64,000 nucleotides of DNA from Haliotis cracherodii (taxonomy: Eukaryota): NCBI RefSeq assembly GCF_022045235.1, contig NW_027266341.1:35340001-35404000 (forward strand), given 5' to 3'. A model generated the notes under the pieces. That model saw only the letters and a list, made by a program, of their open reading frames with translations, did no database searches and had not been told where the DNA came from. The position numbers and the translations under genes are program-made. This document shows, piece by piece, positions 24,843 to 37,439 of this stretch (positions are counted from its first letter, which is position 1; every line of letters starts with the position of its first letter).

Positions 24843-24989
24843 CACAATTCTCGACCGGGACATGCGATAGCCGAGAGCTGAACAGAGTGCGCCGACCTCA
24901 GGCATGTTGAGACAGCCGTCCCCATTCGAGTCCACCCCCAGAAACATCTTGATGTACTTCTCCCTCTCTTGTTTCGTCAGATGGGACAT
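24843..24989 (-). CDS. Calmodulin-like paralogue 2, exon 1; spliced protein 151 aa
   Basis: MSHLTKQEREKYIKMFLGVDSNGDGCLNMPEVGALCSALGYRMSRSRIV|GTGAGT; 147 nt. Confidence 0.92.
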
Positions 24990-25254
24990 TGTAAACTCCT
25001 GCTGATCTTACAAGCTTCAATATAGTCAATGTTCAACTGTCGGTGATGAAGGATAGTTCGAGACGGATGTAACAAAAGGCAGCTAAATGGTTCCGGCGAT
25101 CATACAATAGCCGATATGCTCGGTTGTACTCTGTGTAGTTAATGCTTTATCAGTGTTGAGATAAAGAAAGGCTATCAGCTATTGATAACACAATATATAT
25201 CCCGTTGGATCTGTCACGACAAAACATGGATGACAGCTGATTTGTTAACCATAA

Positions 25255-25916
25255 GGACGGCAATGTGTCCGCTATATGACGCAACGTGTCCGCTATATGA
25301 CACCACGTGTCCGCTAGATGACGGCAATGTGTCCGCTATATGACGGCAATATGTCCTCTATATGATGGCAATATGTCCGCTTTATGACGGCAATATGCCC
25401 GCTATATGACGGGAATTTGTCTGCTATATGACGGCAATATACCCGCTATATGACGGCAATGTGTCCGCTATATGACGGCAATTTGTCTGCTAAATGATGG
25501 CAATGTGTCCACTATATGACGGCAATGTGTCCGCTATATGACGGCAATTTGTCTGCTATATGACGACAATGTGTCCGCTGTATGACGACAATTTGTCTGC
25601 TATATGACTGCAATATACCCGCTATATGACGGCAGTGTGTCCGCTGTATGACGGCAATATGTCCGTCTTATGACGGCAATATACCCGCTATATGACGGCA
25701 ATGTGTCCGCTATATGACGGCAATATGTCCGTCTTATGACGGCAATGTGTCTATTATATGATGGCAATGTGTCCACTATATGATGACAATGCTTCCGCTA
25801 GATGACGGCAATGTATCCGCTATATGACGGCAATGTATCCGCTATATGACGGCAACATGTCCGTCTTATGACCCCACGTGTCCGCTATATGACGGCAACG
25901 TGTGCGTTATATGACG
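25255..25916. repeat. 22-bp minisatellite, block 1
   Basis: ATATGACGGCAATGTGTCCGCT, about 30 copies. Confidence 0.93.
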
Positions 25917-26019
25917 ACTCTCTCTCTCCCATTTATACGGCTAACATGCACTTGCTGTTTATGCCATAGGCTACTTTCCACAAGTTATCGCAAATTGTCA
26001 ACCTATACTTTCTTTTGCC

Positions 26020-26515
26020 GCTTAGTTTACATTTCATATTCACATTTTGATGCAAAATCACACATTAACGGTTTCGAGTTGGAAGTGACTGGTCCTGAGC
26101 AGCAAACAGAAAGCCTTGAACTTCCTGTTTCCCTTTTCAGGCAAGACGACTTCATCCAAGTGAAGGACTCTGCAGGATTGCTGATCCTCTCAACACACTG
26201 CACATAAACTCGATGCAGTGGTCGTTCAGATAGCCTCTCCTTGAAAATCTGAGTCTGGGCCGATTTGATATGGCACTTCGCTTGGTTGATACTCATTTCT
26301 GCACCGTCCAGCTGTACAGAACCATCAACAAAATCAACACCGACATTGAGATTATGTCCCACATTCGAGGTTCGTTTTAGAAAACTGTGGAATGCCTTCT
26401 TTTCATCATTAGTCTTGACATGCGTCACAAGAGGATCATCAGACAATTAAATGAGTGCAAAAGTGCACAAAATGGAAAGCCTCCACATTAATCAAACCAC
26501 GCCCTCCCAACATAA
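26020..26515 (-). mobile_element. Non-LTR retrotransposon fragment (post-RT region, R4/Dong-like)
   Basis: Minus strand GGRGLINVEA...RPLH...SFTWMK...LKRETG...AQDQSLPTRN...MKCK; stops and frameshifts. Confidence 0.55.
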
Positions 26516-26565
26516 TTAGTAAATATAAGCGATTATTATTATTATGCTATTATTATTATTATTAT

Positions 26566-26597
<32 letters not shown>

Positions 26598-27334
26598 TGA
26601 CAAGTGGAAATGGACAATGGTTTTTGACCCTGAATAAAACAATGTGATAGGCTCCTAAATGATAAGTTTGGTATTTCTAAATCACGTGAATTGTGTTATA
26701 CAGTTGTCCTGTACAACATAATTATTATCAAACGCCTTATAATTCCTTGGTTTTCGCATTTCGTAATTTTGAAAAATACATATCAAACCATTATTCTAAC
26801 AAATAAAACCAAGTAAATATCTTTCGTAATCGTTTTGCAACCATACGTCCGTACTGGCGAGACACATCGAGTTTGTGTTTTTCATTCATAAGTAGCAGTA
26901 CCGATGTGGAAGTTGAAATTCGGGTCATCTGAGGATGAAGAGGACGGCTGTTGAAAATATCTATTTGTATTTATGGTGTGTTGAAGACGATATGTTCGCA
27001 GTATGACGGCTATATCTTACCTCCCCGCAAATTATCTTCCCTTTATCGTAAGTGTCTGGCCCGTACGCAAACTGTCAACTTCCAATTTAGAAGTTGGAGT
27101 ACTAATACTAATTAAGGATAAATTTTTTTGGATGAACAACTTCTTTATTACAATCAAGAGCGACATTTCAGTGTAGGTTCTAACACCGTTATCAAGCAGT
27201 GTGATATCCAGAGTATGGTTGACAAGTATATACAGGTAGGAGGCAATGTTTATACAGTAGAGTAGATATCAGATGTAGTTAGTCTGGAGTGGAGAAGCCT
27301 GTTATGTACACACAAGGCAGTAACGACAATTTCT

Positions 27335-27880
27335 TCGCTATATGACGGCAATATGTTCGCTATATGACGGCAATATGTTCGCTATATGACGGCAATATGT
27401 TCGCTATATGACGGCAATCTGTTCGCTATGTGACGACAATATGTTCACTATATGACGGCAATATGTTCGCTATATGACGGCAATATGTTCGCTATATGAC
27501 GGCAATATGTTCGCTATATGACGGCAATTTGTTCGCTATGTGACGACAATATGTTCACTATATGACGGCAATCTGTTCGTTATATGAAGACAATTTGTTC
27601 GCTATATGACGGCAATCTGTTCGCTATATGACGACAATCTGTTCGCTATGTGATGACACTATGTTCGCTATATGGAGGCAATTTGTTCGCTATATGACGG
27701 CAATCTGTTCGCTATATGACGACAATCTGTTCGCTATGTGACGACACTATGTTCGCTGTATGACGACAATATGTTCGCTATATGAAGGCAATTTGTTCGC
27801 TATATGAAGGCAATCTGTTCACTATATGACAACAATATGTTCGCTATATGACGGCAATCTGTTCTCTATATGACAGCAAT
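27335..27880. repeat. 22-bp minisatellite, block 2
   Basis: ATATGACGGCAATATGTTCGCT, about 25 copies; same family as 25255-25916. Confidence 0.93.
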
Positions 27881-28143
27881 TATACAAGATTATGGCAATG
27901 ATGTAATAGAGGAAGCAATTATTTTCTGGAATTATTTTTTTCGACCACTTGCATTGAATTTTCAGCCTAATGTTTTGTGAATCAGCTAATTAAAAACAAT
28001 TGAAGACCACGTGGTCCCCTTGCCACTCCAGCACTGCTTTCATCTATTATCCAGCACACAGTGTGACTGGTTGTCTGTATGGATATGGTCACTTCCTCCA
28101 TGTTTTTGTCGGTTGAGTGGCCATAACAACATACACGAATCTA

Positions 28144-28310
28144 GGGGGCAGTCGGGTAGCCTAGTGGTTAAAGCGTTCGCTCGTCACGCCGAGGACCCGG
28201 GTTCGATTCCCGACATGTGTACAATGTGTGAAGCTCATTTCTGGTGTCCCCCGCCGTGATATTGCTGGAATATTGCTAAAAGCGGCGTAAAACCATACTC
28301 ACTCACTCAC
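28144..28310 (+). mobile_element. SINE family A
   Basis: A/B boxes, tail, TSD TACACGAATCTAG. Confidence 0.9.
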
Positions 28311-28439
28311 TACACGAATCTAGAAACACTGCGCGCGGGCGTAACACAGCCCCGACCGAGTATCCGAGTATTCCATGCGAGTTAAGCTAGGATTCCAAGT
28401 CCGCGAAGTACTGCGTTTACAACGAGCACCCTTATACCG

Positions 28440-28572
28440 AACTCACGGTTATTACGAACTGTTTGGGGGCCCCGTCCATTTGCTGCATATAGGCTTTGTA
28501 TGTGCCTATAACGAACTACGCTTATAATGAACTAAAATTAGTGGTCCTTTTTAGTTCGTTATAACCGTAGTG
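28440..28572. mobile_element. Short MITE-like element (related copy near 57425-57600)
   Basis: Inverted ends CACGGTTATTACGAAC / GTTCGTTATAACCGT. Confidence 0.5.
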
Positions 28573-29022
28573 TACTGTATACCGTATTGGCTGTGTCTAT
28601 GTGTGCGTGAAATAGATAGATAACGAGGCATTTTGATGCAGGTCTACCGATTCTCAAAATGTGATTTTTTTTTCATAAGCGTGTGCTTGTCGGTGGGAAA
28701 ACCCCAGGGCATCCCCCAGTGTCACGTGCGTAATAGCTTCGACTGCGACTGCTCACGCATGCGCGTTCCTGACATTACGCATTGCGCACGACGGATCACG
28801 CACTACTCACCACGGGCACACGGAAATATTTCTTTAAAATCAATGAAAAAATATTCTTTTCGCATCACGGACTACGCATAAAATCCAAGTTTTCGGCCTT
28901 CCATAAGTTCCGTTATCGGGTGAACACTCAAAAGGTTATTCCTATCTTATATGAAATGTTCTTCACGTCTGAACTGCACAATGTAGAACAAACGGGGCCC
29001 CCTGACATATTATTGTAGCGGG

Positions 29023-29230
29023 TTATTGTTTTTTGTTCAGTAACTCTAAAAACTCTTCATAATCTAGATTTCCATCTTCGTTCCGGTCAACCACTGAAAT
29101 GAGATCCTTGATCTCGGTGGTTGACAGCGGAACACCGTCTGATTGCAGTACCCCAGACAGTTCTTCAGGTGAGATCTTCTTGTCCTCATTTTTGTCCAGA
29201 GACTGGAACAGGCGACGCATGCGTGCGCTT
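29023..29230 (-). CDS. Calmodulin-like paralogue 3, exon 3
   Basis: TTTCAG acceptor, phase 2; (L)SARMRRLFQSLDKNEDKKISPEE...VDRNEDGNLDYEEFLELLNKKQ*. Confidence 0.92.
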
Positions 29231-29289
29231 CTGAAAGTCAGACATGAAATCAGTATAACTGGTTGTCATTAAATCAGAATAGGGCAGTT

Positions 29290-29532
29290 AGTTTCGTTTG
29301 TTATCGCCGCACTCAGCAATATTCCAGCTATATGGTGGTGATGTACATAATCAAGTCTAGACCAGACAATCATAAGCATCGATCTACGCAATTGGGGTAT
29401 GATGACATGCATCAACCAATTCAACGAGTCTGATCACCCGATCCCGTTAGTCGACTCCCTTAACAAGCATAGTCGTCTCTTAAGACAAACATTGGTTGCT
29501 GAAGACCAATTCTAACCCGGATCTTCACGGGC
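29290..29532 (-). mobile_element. SINE-like family B
   Basis: Near full length, reverse orientation. Confidence 0.8.
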
Positions 29533-30257
29533 AGAACAGGGTAGTATTGATATCACACATACTGCAGCGCTGAGGGTAATACATGTCTGTGTGTCTTTGA
29601 GATGGGGAGTATTGATATCATAATACCTTGAGTTGGGAAGTAATATAGTAATCTAAATATAGGATAGTATTGTTATGTTCATTTATCATTTTCTTCTTCG
29701 GAGATCTCCCCTTTGTCGTAAGTGTCTAGCCAATACGCATACTGTTGACTTTCTATTTACGTTATTTCCGAAATTGACATGACGACATGATGACAGATGC
29801 TCATTAATGGAGTTAATAATGCTTCTTGTTATAAACTGTAAATTTCTCATTTAACTCGTCAATCGAGAGTGTTCGTTTCACAAAGCGCCATTTTGTTACT
29901 TGACTGGCGTGTATTCTTTCGCTTTCAACAACGGTCTCATAGATTTCCAGAATACTTTTTGTTGAAGTTGAATTTGTATCCAAATGTACAATAAAGTATT
30001 GACCTCAAATATATTTTATTACTTTATATTTTAAAAGATTTGGCAAACACGGAACTACTTTTAATAAGGCAATTACAATGGGTAGTGAAACGTCCCTGCG
30101 TGTTAGGTTTCAGGGTGTTATATTTTAATTTTCCGGTAGACAATTACACAAAAAAGTACTAGTATATAATAAATAGGATATTCAACGTGTCTTGTAATAT
30201 ATCACGTTTCTCTCATCTCGTGACAAGGAAAAGGAGATATAACATATACATGTAGTG

Positions 30258-30600
30258 AAGTGTGATTGTTGTGTGGTGTAGTGACGTGGGATTGTTGTGT
30301 GATGTGGTGTGGTTGTTGTCTGATATTGTGAGGTGTGATTGTTGTGTGATGTGGTGTGGTTGTGTGATGTGGTTGTTGTGTGATGTGATGTGGTTATTGT
30401 GTCATATGCTGTGGTTGTTTTGTGATGTGATGTTGTTGTGTGGTTGTTGTATGATGTTGTTGTTTGTTCTTTAACGCCGCACTCAGCACTATTCCAGCTA
30501 TGTTGTAGGACGTGGTGAGGTGTGACTGTAGTGTGATGTGACTGTTGTGTGATGTTGTGTGGTTGTTGTGTGATGTGGTGAGGTTGTGTGATGTGGTTGT
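30258..30600. repeat. Degenerate GT-rich simple repeat with an embedded SINE tail fragment
   Basis: TGTGA/TGTGG/TTGT motifs; GCCGCACTCAGCACTATTCCAGCT near 30476. Confidence 0.8.
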
Positions 30601-30787
30601 CACTTGTTCTAGTGTCGTGTGTGTCCAGTACAGGGACTCCACGTGCACTTCGTCAAACCCCAGCCTGTTCTGCGGTGGTAGATTCTTCCGTTGTACGTGT
30701 GAATCCTACTGTTCCAAAACGCTATTTACACCAGTGTTGCTTGGTATTTAATTGGAAACTTCTAGAGGTATAATAACAAGGACTTAC

Positions 30788-30882
30788 AGTCTTTTACGTG
30801 GTTCAATGGCCGGCATAGCTGCCAGAAACTCGTCCAACGTCACTCGCTTGTTACCATCCTTATCAAGGTCATTGAACAGACG
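30788..30882 (-). CDS. Calmodulin-like paralogue 3, exon 2
   Basis: CCGCAG|95 nt|GTAAGT; RLFNDLDKDGNKRVTLDEFLAAMPAIEPRKR(L); not in the ORF track. Confidence 0.92.
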
Positions 30883-30939
30883 CTGCGGATACAAGAGACA
30901 ATATATCAGTACTGCCATTCTAGACTAGGAATAAACTAT

Positions 30940-31181
30940 CTTTTGTTTGTTAGTTTAGGCTGCACTCAGCAATATTCCAGCTACATGACGGCGGTCTGTT
31001 AATAATCGAGTCTGGACCAGACAATCCAGTGATTGACATCATGTGCATCAATCCACGCAATTGGGATACGATGACATGCATCACAACCAAGTCAGCGAGC
31101 CTGACCACCCGATCCCGTTAGTCGCCTCTTACGACAACCATAGTCTCTTATACGACCTATTCTACCCGGATCTTCACGGGT
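30940..31181 (-). mobile_element. SINE-like family B
   Basis: Family body, reverse orientation. Confidence 0.8.
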
Positions 31182-31202
31182 TGATAAACTTTCAACATCA
31201 TG

Positions 31203-31337
31203 NNNNNNNNNNNNNNNNNNNNNNNNNNNNNNNNNNNNNNNNNNNNNNNNNNNNNNNNNNNNNNNNNNNNNNNNNNNNNNNNNNNNNNNNNNNNNNNNNN
31301 NNNNNNNNNNNNNNNNNNNNNNNNNNNNNNNNNNNNN
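31203..31337. other. Assembly gap (N run)
   Basis: Run of N. Confidence 1.
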
Positions 31338-31847
31338 CGAACCCTTCCGGTGGACCCGTTTTCGCACATTTATCTTAAGGATGAATGTGTTCACGATGCA
31401 TGTGTCCTTCACAACATGATGTGTCCTGGCCTGGTCTGCACAGTTATTTTAAAACAATCTATTTTCAAAGTCCTAGTTGCGGAGTAGAATTACGAGCTCG
31501 GCGCATCACGCGATAATTCGAGACACTGTTATGAGCTTGTAGCACGGTTCTTAGACTAACATCTAGACTCTGAAATGAACATGTTGTGAACATTTACAGA
31601 AAAAAATGAAATGAAATGTAATAAAAAGGACACATGAGATTTTTTTTATCGATAACTAGTGATGCCAAATATGATAGGCTTGCCGATCAGTACCCACCCG
31701 ACCCGAGTACCCAACTACCCGTCCTAGCCCTACTGCCCACATATGACGATATCGAAATTTATACATGAATTTCGAATCCCATTTTTAACCACACGGAAAC
31801 TCTTATATGTAGCTATTTTTTCAGTATATGTACATGATTGTCAGCGC

Positions 31848-32088
31848 TTTGTTTGTTTATTTGTTGTTTAACGCCGACCTCCGCAATATTACAGCTGTAT
31901 GACGGCGGTCTGTAAATAATCGAGTCTGGACCAGACGATCCAGTGATTGACATCATGAGCATCGATCTACGCAATCGGGATACGATGACATGCATCAACC
32001 GAATCAGCAAGTCTGACCACCCGATCCTGTTAGTCGCCTCTTACGGCAAGCACGGGCAGCTGAAGACCTATTCTCACCCGGATCTTTA
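31848..32088 (-). mobile_element. SINE-like family B
   Basis: Family body, reverse orientation. Confidence 0.8.
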
Positions 32089-32214
32089 GCGCCCAAACAG
32101 GAGTGATCTGCATTAAGGCTTAAACCCACCATCTTCCCGATGCAAGGGACTTAACTGACCATTAAGTCCAGTTTCCGCCCTTACCGCACTAGGCTGGAAT
32201 TTCTAACCTCGATC

Positions 32215-32380
32215 GGGGGCGGTCGGGTAGCCTGGTGGTTAAAGCGTTCGCTCGTCACGCCGAAGACCCGGGATCGATTCCCGACATGGGTACAATGTGT
32301 GAAGCCCATTTCTGGTGTCCCCCGCCGTGATATTGCTGGAATATTGCTAAAAGCGGCGTAAAACCAAACTCACTCACTCA
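32215..32380 (+). mobile_element. SINE family A
   Basis: TSD CTAACCTCGATCG. Confidence 0.9.
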
Positions 32381-32670
32381 CTAACCTCGATCGTAGCGCC
32401 ACCAGTGTGTTATTACGAGTTGTGTCCCTTCTATGCCTCTCCTATTGACCAATCAGATTCCGCCTCTTGTGTCACTTAAATTTGCTTCAAACAAAATGGC
32501 AACGCCCAGTCAAGAAGATCTGATCAATAATCAAGATCTATATTGTGATAAAACGGGTCTTTCATCGCAAAGTGCATCAAATCACGTGAGCACCTTGATT
32601 AAAAACATGAAAAGATTTGGAAAATATCTGTTGACCCCGAGATTGCGTTGCACATGCTTTGCAAATCTGA

Positions 32671-32836
32671 GCGAATGAGTGAGTATGGTTTAACGCCGCT
32701 TTTAGCAATATTCCAGCAATATCACAACGGGGGACAGCAGAAATGGGCTTCACACATTGTACCCATGTCGGGAATCGAACCCGGGTCTTCGGCGTGACGA
32801 GCGAACGCTTTAACCACCAGGCTACCCGACCGCCCC
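32671..32836 (-). mobile_element. SINE family A
   Basis: TSD TGCAAATCTGA. Confidence 0.9.
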
Positions 32837-34907
32837 TGCAAATCTGAAATCGCCCGAAATCTGCGCGACAGTTTACGAACCGGATTTCGATTTCGTTACA
32901 CGATTTTGACTGGAATATGCAGAGACTCGTTAGTCCAGCTAAAATATAACTCCATGTGCGGAGTTGCGTCCCTTGGGCACACCAGAAACCTATGATTGCG
33001 GGTTCGAATCCCGGTTCGCCCCGATTATGTTTTTAGATTTGTCTGCACCATAGCATAGGGGGTTCATTTATACATGCATGTCGCTTGATATAATTGTTTT
33101 TGTCAATTTAAAACATATATCATATACAAATATATTTCGGAGACAATGTGTTTGTCTAAGCTGGGTGAAAACTTCACTCTGTCATCCATCCTTGAACTTA
33201 TATAACTGGAATACTGTTAAAAGCGGCGTTAAACCCAACTCACTCACTCGCCTGGGGAAGATATAAACCCACGTTTAACAGGTCTTGATGCATTTTTACT
33301 TGACCCTTGACGCATGCATATACCCATATGTCACTGTCTTGTCCGTAATCATCTCCGAAACCCCTTCAAACTGAAGCTGAGAGTGGACTCCAGGAATGTT
33401 CAATCGGGTTCGAATCTGATTTCAATAATCAACTAATTAGGCTGTTATGTATCAGAAGTCTGTATTAAAGTTAGTCTGCAGTTAGCCTAAACTTTTATGC
33501 AGTATTCTATGGTATTCACATTTTACCTTGATTTGATCTTTGAAGCTTGAACAAGCCCATGTTGTTTTCTATATGATAATGCGAACTGTATCAGGATACA
33601 TGCAGAAGTTTTAGTGTTGAAATTTGCATATAGAGCATAGTTAGAGTAGGTAAATGGAGTATCGGGGATTATAGCGAGGTCAGGTGAAGTGGGTACTAAC
33701 GTCGCGTCCAAGATTATTGTGCTTGTGCACGTGTGTGTGTGTCTGCTTGTCCTTGTCTGGACTGATGCCTTGTCTGGACTCGGACCTTCCGCTCTCCGGT
33801 CAGACGCTCTACCACTAGACCACTGAGGTGGTTGTTTAAGGAGGTATTTCGAGGGGTCTTGAAGAGCCATAGTATTCTGGCTAAAAATTTTTGGAGTGAT
33901 ACACTTGAAAACCCATTTAACAATGGATATGTATCACGGTATTAGTAATAAAAGAAGCTGGTAAAGAGTGGCAATTGTGATTATTGTTCATTGTGCGAAC
34001 GCGTTTCAAGGTAATAGTATTCAATTTATATTTAATATTATTTGTTCAAATACAGCTGATTAGTGCCAATTTATACACATATTTCTAATTATTTTATTTT
34101 TAGTCTACAATTACATCGACTAATTAGACATATCATTTTAGTGAAATTGAAGTCTTGATTTCGCAAAATCAAAGAATTAACCTGCTTGAACAACAATGAG
34201 CAAATCGCGCAAACGCAACCTGGTTTCTGCGATATATGTGTGGCACGTGTTTAACGAGTGTCAAACGACAACTCAAACCGGATTAGCAACTATCTCCATC
34301 TTGCCTGGACAGTGTATAAACAAGCGCATTGTACACCAAGGCCTTCGCGTCTCAATGGGTAGCGAGGTTTGAATAGTCGTCCCAAGGCCACTGTTTCGAT
34401 CCTCGGGTCTGGCAGCAGTGATCTGACTGCAAACGTTTGTATCACGCGCGGAGACGTAACGGTCAGTGACAGATGTGCTGACACGTCCCTTTTTTACAAT
34501 ATCTCTAGCTCCACCCCTTGGTGCTGTGTCCGGAGGCTTTGTACAGGTACAAAACATTGAAAGAAACACTATACACCTGTTCTACAACAGAGCTGTGATA
34601 TGTATTGTGTTGAACCCTACGAATCTTTTCAATGAGACTATTTATATTTTGTGTAATCGACGCTTGTGTTTGCGATCTAGTGAGGTGATATCTGTAGGCA
34701 CAGGGCCACGGATAGCCATACTATACTGACTGTACTGATTACATTAAAAAAAACATCTTCGATATGAAAAAGTCAGATCATAACATAACCACCTGATCAC
34801 TTCTAATCGATATTCGGAGTCGTTGTGACCATGCGACCCCCTCTGCCGAGATATATTGATTTAACTTAATTTCTTTCCACGGGAGTGTAATCACGATTTA
34901 TACTCAC

Positions 34908-35054
34908 ATAAATTCTGTCTTTGTCCAAATTAAACCCAAGTGTCTTACACAGTGCGCAAAGCTCTTCCATATTTAGATAACCATCGCCATTTTTGTCTGA
35001 GTCTAGGAAAACTTCACTGTAAAGCTTCCTTTCCTTCTGCAGTAGTTGGGTCAT
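34908..35054 (-). CDS. Calmodulin-like paralogue 3, exon 1; spliced protein 149 aa
   Basis: MTQLLQKERKLYSEVFLDSDKNGDGYLNMEELCALCKTLGFNLDKDRIY|GTGAGT; 147 nt; TATA-like TATTTATA about 110 bp upstream. Confidence 0.92.
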
Positions 35055-36002
35055 CTTCTGCAGCCGTATTCTCAAAACCCAGTGAAGCAACAGCTTTAGA
35101 AATACAGAACCTTCCAGGAATCGTGGCGTTTGCTCTGAGGTCGATAATGAAGCTAGGCTACATATAAATAGGGGGTGCAACTTTCTTCGCCTTGCGGAGC
35201 TCAAGCATAGCAACGCTTGTATGTGTTGCAACTCGTTTCAATAGCAAGCAAGCAGGAAACAAACACGCGTTGTCCAACTGTTATTTGTCGTTTATCTTTC
35301 ACGCAGAACATGCCACGGTTGTATTAACACACACGCGTTCATGTTTGGGATATGCGATTATCTCCTATCTATTTACCACCTTACAATAAATCAATATATT
35401 TTTTATTCAGAATGTAGGCCTCTCAATCCATGGTTCTCAGTGCAAGCGGTTCGTGTAATAAATAATAACACACTATCGAGCCCGCGATAGCGAATCGGGT
35501 TGTCATGCTGGCTTTCTTGTTTGGTGCATGTCATCGTATCCCAACTGCTTTGGACGATGCGCAGGATGTCAATCACCAGATTGTCTGCTCCAGACTCGAA
35601 TATTTTCAGACCGCTGTCTTATAGCATGAATATTGCTGAGAGCGGCGTTAAACAAACACACAGACAAACAAGGATGTACTTATGTCCTTGCAGAAGATAC
35701 ATCCTGACTCCGGACAATGCTGTTCCTATACGGCGTTAGGGTGGCCTAGTGGTTGAAGCGTTAGCTCATCATGATTCGTGTTCGATGCCCAACATGGGTG
35801 CAGTGTGTGAAGTGTTGTCCCATGTCGGCAGACTGCAGGAATATTACAGTGTAAAACCACATCTACTCACTCACCCATTGGAACTTTGAATATCAACTTC
35901 CACTGACATGCCCCTTCAAACATTGCTACTAATATCATTGAGAAATATACGGTCTTGCTACTGCATCTAATCTGATACTGTGTGTTTTCTGTTGATGAAT
36001 TC

Positions 36003-37022
36003 CTATTGCTACTGTTAATGTCATCATTGTTGCTACTGCTACTGTTAATGTCGCCATTGTTGCTACTGCTACTGTTAATGTCACTATTTTTGCTACTGCT
36101 ACTGTTAATGTCACTATTGTTGTCACTGCTACTGTTAATGTCACCATTGTTGTCACTGCTACTGTTAATGTCGCCATTGTTGCTACTGCTACTGTTAATG
36201 TCACTATTGTTGCTACTGCTACTGTTAATGTCGCCATTGTTGCTACTGCTACTGTTAATGTCACTATTTTTGCTACTGCTGCTGTTAATGTCACCATTGT
36301 TGTCACTGCTACTGTTAATGTCGCCATTGTTGCTACTGCTACTGTTAATGTCACTATTGTTGTCACTGCTACTGTTAATGTCGCCATTGTTGCTACTGCT
36401 ACTGTTAATGTCACTATTGTTGCTACTGCTACTGTTAATGTCGCCATTGTTGCTACTGCTACTGTTAATGTCACTATTTTTGCTACTGCTGCTGTTAATG
36501 TCACCATTGTTGTCACTGCTACTGTTAATGTCGCCATTGTTGCTACTGCTACTGTTAATGTCACTATTGTTGCTACTGCTACTGTTAATGTCACTATTGT
36601 TGTCACTGCTACTGTTAATGTCACCATTGTTGTCACTGCTACTGTTAATGTCACTATTGTTGCTACTGCTGCTGTTAATGTCACCATTGTTGCTACTGCT
36701 ACTGTTAATGTCACTATTGTTGTCACTGCTACTGTTAATGTCACTATTGTTGCTACTGCTGCTGTTAATGTCACTATTGTTGCTACTGCTACTGTTAATG
36801 TCACCATTGTTGCTACTGCTACTGTTAATGTCACTATTGTTGCTACTGCTGCTGTTAATGTCACTATTGTTGCTACTGCTACTGTTAATGTCATCACTGT
36901 TGCTACTGCTACTGTTAATGTCACTATTGTTGCTACTGCTACTGTTAATGTCACCATTGTTGTCACTGCTGCTGTTAATGTCATCACTGTTGCTACTGCT
37001 ACTGTTAATGTCACCATTGTTG
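36003..37022. repeat. 30-bp minisatellite
   Basis: TGCTACTGCTACTGTTAATGTCACTATTGT, about 34 copies. Confidence 0.96.
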
Positions 37023-37439
37023 TATGCTGCTACTGCTTCCGATTCAATGTCTAATACCTGCATCACTTCGGGCTTTCCTCCTACCGTGAGCTTAGACGCC
37101 GTGATATAGCTGGAATATTGTTCAAAACGGTATAAAACCAACTCACTCACTCTCACACTACTGCTACTTCAGCTACTTCTACAGCTACTGTATCCTGTTG
37201 TGTATACTATTAATTCCATCGCCTGGTATCAGATAGGTGCACGAGGTCCTGTGCGCAGCGCCAAAGTGGTTGCGGAGAGTAGGTGGATGGGTGGCCGTGT
37301 TCAGCATCTTAACCCCTGGGAGTGATGCTTCACTCTGAAGCACATGTAGCGCAGGTGGTGTCTCCTAAGGCAAGTACCTAGTTCGAATTATGCCACAGTT
37401 CACTCACTGACCCTGTTAATACTACTACTGCTACTATAA

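Larger units (their letters stand above)
32130..32955. mobile_element. Non-autonomous DNA transposon (same family as 51748-52280) carrying two SINE-A insertions
   Basis: CATCTTCCC...TTAACTGACCATTAAGTCCAGTTTCC terminus; the interior aligns in reverse to 51830-52200. Confidence 0.65.

Noticed and set aside
35867-37156. 429-aa Asn/Ser/Asp-rich ORF resembling a shell-matrix protein
   Set aside because: It starts inside a SINE-C tail, has no signal peptide, and the 30-bp repeat is open in three frames. Only transcript evidence could rescue it.
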